Shown piece after piece: positions 59,895 through 64,000 of a stretch of DNA of 64,000 bases; the stretch's first letter is position 1, and each line of letters begins with the position of its first letter. The notes beneath the pieces were generated by a model. It saw nothing but the letters and a program-made list of their open reading frames with translations, searched no databases and was not told the DNA's origin. The position numbers and the translations under genes were made by a program. The stretch is from Candidatus Marinacidobacterales bacterium. Its GTDB lineage: Bacteria > Acidobacteriota > Vicinamibacteria > Marinacidobacterales > SMYC01. The DNA lies in the NCBI GenBank assembly GCA_965237955.1, contig OZ250169.1, forward strand, positions 2,688,001 through 2,752,000, in the 5' to 3' direction.

Positions 59895-60374
59895 ATGCGT
59901 TTGATCTTGCGTGAAGAAGTCGACCACCTGGGGCGCCGCGGCGATATCGTCAACGTGGCTAGAGGCTATGCCCGAAATTTCTTGCTCCCGAAGCGCCTGG
60001 CGATGGAGGTTAACGACGATAATCTTCGTCTAATAGATAAAGAGAAGAAGATCTACGAGGTGAGGCTCGCCCAGGAGAAAGGCGAGGCCGAGACTCTGGC
60101 CGTCTCGTTCGCCGGGGTGAAATTGACGTTCAAGCGAAAGGTCCACGGTGATGGCGAAGAGCTGTACGGATCGGTCTCGCCCACCGATGTGGCCGAAGCA
60201 CTCGAACAGAAGGGGCTCACCGTCGAAAAGCGCAAGATCGCGCTCAGCGAACCGGTCAAATCGCTCGGCGGTTACACGGCATCGATCAAGCTCCATCCCG
60301 AGGTGACGGCCAGCTTTCCTATTACCGTCGAGAAGGACGAAGAAGTAGAGAAGGAAGAGAAAGAAGAGACCTAG
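59895..60374 (+). CDS. rplI: 50S ribosomal protein L9
   Basis: LGRRGDIVNVARGYARNFLLP, LYGSV, KLHPEV. Confidence 0.96.
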   Translation: MRLILREEVDHLGRRGDIVNVARGYARNFLLPKRLAMEVNDDNLRLIDKEKKIYEVRLAQEKGEAETLAVSFAGVKLTFKRKVHGDGEELYGSVSPTDVAEALEQKGLTVEKRKIALSEPVKSLGGYTASIKLHPEVTASFPITVEKDEEVEKEEKEET

Positions 60375-60377
60375 ATT

Positions 60378-61730
60378 TTGGCTCAGGAGAACACCGCTCT
60401 CGAACGGGCCCTGCCCCACAATCTCGAAGCCGAGCGGACTGTCCTTGGCGCGATTCTGATCGAGAACGAGGCGTTTCATAACGCCGCTGAAATCCTTACC
60501 GAGTCCGATTTCTATCGGAACGCCCACCGGAAGATTTTCTTGCGGATGCTCTCGCTGTCGGAGCGGGGCGATGCTATCGATCTCGTCACGCTCAAAGAGG
60601 AGATGACGCGCGCCGGCGAGCTCGAGCGCGCGGGAGGGGTGGCTTACCTGAGCTCGCTCGTGGAGGGTGTGCCGCGGGCGACGAACGTCACCTACTACTC
60701 CCGCATCGTGAAGGATAAGGCGGTACTGCGAAGTCTCATCTCGGCGGCGAATCGCATAAGCCAGGCGGCGTTCGACCAGCCCGACGAAACGCAAACTGTC
60801 CTCGACGAAGCCGAAAAGTCCATCTTCGAGATTGCCGAGGGCGCGATCCGTGTCGGGTTCGAGCCCGTTAGCTCGATCGTCAAGACGACGTTCAAGACTA
60901 TCGACGAGCTCTCGGAAAAAAAAGAGCTCATCACCGGCATCCCCACCGGGTTCGTCGAGTTCGACGAGTTGACTTCAGGGCTCCACTCGTCGGATCTCAT
61001 CATCGTGGCGGGACGGCCGGCGATGGGGAAAACCAGCTTCTGCATGAACATCGCCCAGTACGTCGGCCTCAAGACCGACAAAACCGTGGGTATCTTCAGC
61101 CTGGAGATGTCAAAAGAGCAGCTCGTGCTCCGCATGCTCTGCGGCGAGTCACGGGTCGATATGCACAAGCTGCGCTCTGGGTTCCTCTCCGAGAAGGACT
61201 GGGCTCGGCTCGTTCAAGGGGTGTCAGACCTGTCCCAGGCCCGTGTGTTCATCGACGACACTGCGTCGATCTCGGTCATGGAGATGCGCGCCAAAACGAG
61301 GCGGCTGAAGCTAGAGCACGGCCTCGACCTCGTCATCGTGGACTATCTGCAGCTGATGCAGGGTCGCGGCCGTTTCGACAATCGCACTCAGGAGATCAGC
61401 GCCATCAGCCGGTCGTTGAAAGGGCTCGCCAAGGAGCTGAACGTTCCCATCGTGGCGCTGTCCCAGCTATCGCGTGCCCCCGAAGCGCGAGGGGATCACC
61501 GGCCGCAACTATCCGACTTGCGGGAGTCCGGCGCACTCGAGCAGGATGCCGACGTCGTGGTATTCATTTTCCGGGACGAAGAGTACAACGCGACTCCCGA
61601 CAACCGGGGCATCGCCGAGCTCATTATCGGAAAGCAACGAAACGGACCCACCGGGAAATTCAAGATGGCTTTCATCAAGGAGTACACCCGCTTCGAGAAT
61701 CTGGAGTGGCGGCATGATGAAGTTATTTGA
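60378..61730 (+). CDS. dnaB: Replicative DNA helicase (no intein)
   Basis: PHNLEAE, GRPAMGKT, FSLEM, DYLQL, LSQLSR, SDLRESGALEQDAD, KQRNGP. Confidence 0.98.
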   Translation: MAQENTALERALPHNLEAERTVLGAILIENEAFHNAAEILTESDFYRNAHRKIFLRMLSLSERGDAIDLVTLKEEMTRAGELERAGGVAYLSSLVEGVPRATNVTYYSRIVKDKAVLRSLISAANRISQAAFDQPDETQTVLDEAEKSIFEIAEGAIRVGFEPVSSIVKTTFKTIDELSEKKELITGIPTGFVEFDELTSGLHSSDLIIVAGRPAMGKTSFCMNIAQYVGLKTDKTVGIFSLEMSKEQLVLRMLCGESRVDMHKLRSGFLSEKDWARLVQGVSDLSQARVFIDDTASISVMEMRAKTRRLKLEHGLDLVIVDYLQLMQGRGRFDNRTQEISAISRSLKGLAKELNVPIVALSQLSRAPEARGDHRPQLSDLRESGALEQDADVVVFIFRDEEYNATPDNRGIAELIIGKQRNGPTGKFKMAFIKEYTRFENLEWRHDEVI

Positions 61731-61732
61731 GG

Positions 61733-61786
61733 CGTCATCGGCCGTCGGCCATCAGCCGACTGCTGTGACTGGCAGCTGACAGCTGG
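61733..61786. repeat. Short degenerate heptamer-armed palindrome
   Basis: CATCGGCCGTCGGCCATCAGCC..GCTGACAGCTGG directly before TATAAT (61787). Confidence 0.55.
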
Positions 61787-61838
61787 TATAATTTCACTAC
61801 CTTAAGTTAATCCCTTTCCCGAGGCCTCATTTGTTTCG

Positions 61839-63215
61839 ATGGGCAAGCTGAAGACCGCTTTCGTCTGCCAACAATGTGGCATGACAGCCAACAAGTGGCT
61901 GGGCCGGTGTCCCGATTGCGACGCGTGGAACAGTTTCATCGAAGAGACGGCGCCCGCTGCCGATAGCGAACCGCGCTCGGCCGTGGGAACGTCGACGCGA
62001 CCGCAACGTTATGCCGAAGTCGAGACCGGCGACTCGCTGCGGGTCACAAGTGGGCTCGAAGAGTTCGACCGCGTACTCGGCGGCGGCATCGTGTCCGGCT
62101 CGTTGGTGCTTCTCGGTGGAGACCCGGGCATCGGGAAATCGACGCTCCTCCTTCAAGTTGCTGCTGCACGCGGTGCGCCTGTCGTCTACGTCAGTGGCGA
62201 GGAATCGGAGCGACAGATCAAGCTTCGAGGCGAGCGGCTCGGCGTCGATGCCAGCTCCGTTCTGCTCTACAGTGAGACCCAGCTCGAGCGCATTCTCGAT
62301 GCGCTTCGCACCGAAACGCCCGAGTACGTCGTGCTCGACTCGGTGCAGACGGTTTACTCTCCCAAATTCTCGTCTGCGCCGGGAAGCATCAGTCAAGTGC
62401 GCGGAGTGACCGCCGAGCTCCTATACTTTGCGAAGTCGACGTCGACCCCCGTCTTTCTCATCGGTCACGTCAACAAAGAAGGTAATCTCGCGGGCCCCAA
62501 AGCGCTCGAGCACATGGTCGACACCGTGCTTTCTTTCGAAGGCGACCGACACCATGCTCACCGCATCGTTCGAGCGGTGAAGAATCGCTACGGCGCCGCC
62601 GGCGAGCTCGGTGTCTTCGAGATGACGTCGAGCGGACTCGAGCCTGTGTCCAACCCTTCGGGGTTGTTTTTGTCCGAGCGGCCCCGGAATACGCCCGGCT
62701 CCGCCGTGGTGTGCTCGCTCGAAGGGACGCGCTCGCTCCTTCTCGAGATCCAGACGCTCACGTCGACGTCGAGCTTCGGCTATCCTCGGCGCGTCTCCGT
62801 CGGCTTCGATGCGAACCGCCTATCGCTCCTCCTCGCGGTACTCGAAAAGCGCGCCGGTGTTTCGCTCGCCGGAGAAGACGTTTACGTCAACGTTGCCGGC
62901 GGGCTGGCGGTATCCGAGCCGGTGGCCGACTTGGGCCTGGTTGCGTCTGTCGCGTCGAGCTTCCGCGGTCAACCGGTCGACGCGGACACCGCGTTCATCG
63001 GTGAGGTTGGACTCGCGGGCGAGGTGCGGTCGGCGCAACAGATGGCGCTTCGTTTGAAAGAGGTCGCCCGGCTTGGTTTCCGTCGCGCGATCGTGCCGGC
63101 CGGGAATTGCCCGGTGGACGAGGCCCCGTATGAGAACGCTGAAATCGCCGAGCTCGAGATCGTAGGGCTTCGTAATATTGACGAGCTCATGGAGTTGATT
63201 TTCCGAGTCGGGTAG
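61839..63215 (+). CDS. radA: DNA repair protein RadA/Sms
   Basis: CQQC..KWLGRCPDC, GDPGIGKST, KNRYG, GEVGLAGEVR. Confidence 0.97.
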   Translation: MGKLKTAFVCQQCGMTANKWLGRCPDCDAWNSFIEETAPAADSEPRSAVGTSTRPQRYAEVETGDSLRVTSGLEEFDRVLGGGIVSGSLVLLGGDPGIGKSTLLLQVAAARGAPVVYVSGEESERQIKLRGERLGVDASSVLLYSETQLERILDALRTETPEYVVLDSVQTVYSPKFSSAPGSISQVRGVTAELLYFAKSTSTPVFLIGHVNKEGNLAGPKALEHMVDTVLSFEGDRHHAHRIVRAVKNRYGAAGELGVFEMTSSGLEPVSNPSGLFLSERPRNTPGSAVVCSLEGTRSLLLEIQTLTSTSSFGYPRRVSVGFDANRLSLLLAVLEKRAGVSLAGEDVYVNVAGGLAVSEPVADLGLVASVASSFRGQPVDADTAFIGEVGLAGEVRSAQQMALRLKEVARLGFRRAIVPAGNCPVDEAPYENAEIAELEIVGLRNIDELMELIFRVG

Positions 63216-63243
63216 TCCGACTCGAATCCGAAGAGTAACGATT

Positions 63244-64000
63244 ATGTGGATAGTCTTGATACGCGGACTTCTTCTTGCGGGGGTGGCGGCGGCATCCGTC
63301 GCCTACGAGCCGCTACCGTGGGGCCCTCCGGCAAATCTCGCGTTGGGCATCGCGATCGGCGCGGCCATCATCTTTCTCGAGACTTGCATCCGCGCCGTAA
63401 GCGCGAAGCAAGTCGCGGTCGGTTTTCTCGGCGCTCTCGTCGGCGTCCTCTTTGCGCTCATCGTCAGCATTCCCCTGGGAAAGATTCCGATGGCGGGAGA
63501 CACCCAGGCTTTCTGGCAGTCGCTCGTCCTCCTGTTGTTCATCTACGTGGGCTTGATGCTGGGCTGGAAAAAGGGCGAGTGGTTCGACCCGCTGTCGATC
63601 AAGGCGTACTTTCTCGGCACGACGACACAGAAAAACAAGAAGATCCTGGACACGAGCGTCATCATCGACGGCCGCATCGCGGACATCTGCGAGACCGGGT
63701 TCATGGACGGCACGCTGATCATCGCGCACTTCGTGCTCAAAGAGCTCCAGCAGGTCGCCGACTCGGCGGATTCCCTCAAGCGCAACCGCGGCCGGCGCGG
63801 CCTCGATATCCTTCAGAAAGTCCGCAAGATGAGCGACATCGATGTGGAGATCTCCGAGCTCGACTATCCCGACGTCAAGGAAGTCGACCTCAAGCTCATC
63901 GAGCTCGCCCAGGACCTGGACGCGAAGATCGTCGCCAATGACTTCAACTTGAACAAAGTCGCCCAAGTGCGCGGGGTTCAGGTGTTGAACATCAACGAGC
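63244..64000 (+). CDS. Membrane PIN/TRAM-domain protein (YacL family), runs off the window
   Basis: ATG at 63244 (frame absent from the ORF track): MWIVLIRG.., KILDTSVIIDGRIADI, ELQQVADS, RGRRGLDIL, NDFNLNKVA. Confidence 0.92.
   Translation, partial: MWIVLIRGLLLAGVAAASVAYEPLPWGPPANLALGIAIGAAIIFLETCIRAVSAKQVAVGFLGALVGVLFALIVSIPLGKIPMAGDTQAFWQSLVLLLFIYVGLMLGWKKGEWFDPLSIKAYFLGTTTQKNKKILDTSVIIDGRIADICETGFMDGTLIIAHFVLKELQQVADSADSLKRNRGRRGLDILQKVRKMSDIDVEISELDYPDVKEVDLKLIELAQDLDAKIVANDFNLNKVAQVRGVQVLNINE

Overview
High-GC bacterial chromosome segment; the gene set suggests an Acidobacteriota/Vicinamibacteria-like or deltaproteobacterium-like organism (inference only). Positions ~1-31.4 kb are a mosaic Wzx/Wzy-type surface-polysaccharide locus. 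It holds an outer-membrane beta-barrel, a WecA/MraY-type transferase, six glycosyltransferases, an AsnB amidotransferase, an O-carbamoyltransferase, several SAM methyltransferases, a CDP-sugar C-methylation pathway, a Wzy-like protein and an O-antigen ligase. It also carries three sigma-54-type promoters, IS5 remnants, two inverted 133-bp MITEs, an intact DDE IS and local duplications. Positions ~31.5-64 kb are mostly housekeeping: an HtrA pair, uvrA, rhomboid, LLM, nth, a degenerate nuoM/nuoN-like pair, selA, purH, rfaE1, TPR-ispE-spoVG-tRNA-Gln-prs-rplY-pth-rpsF-rpsR-rplI-dnaB-radA and a PIN/TRAM gene. This half is punctuated by heptamer-armed palindromic elements with ~85-89 nt spacers. Several single-base frameshifts in short homopolymers look like sequencing errors. 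Best leads: the REPIN-like element family, a MITE-bounded composite unit containing a sigma-54-driven ORF-less transcript, a noviose-like tailoring toolkit in a surface glycan locus, and three apparent pseudo-enzymes. All calls are by eye; no database searches were run.
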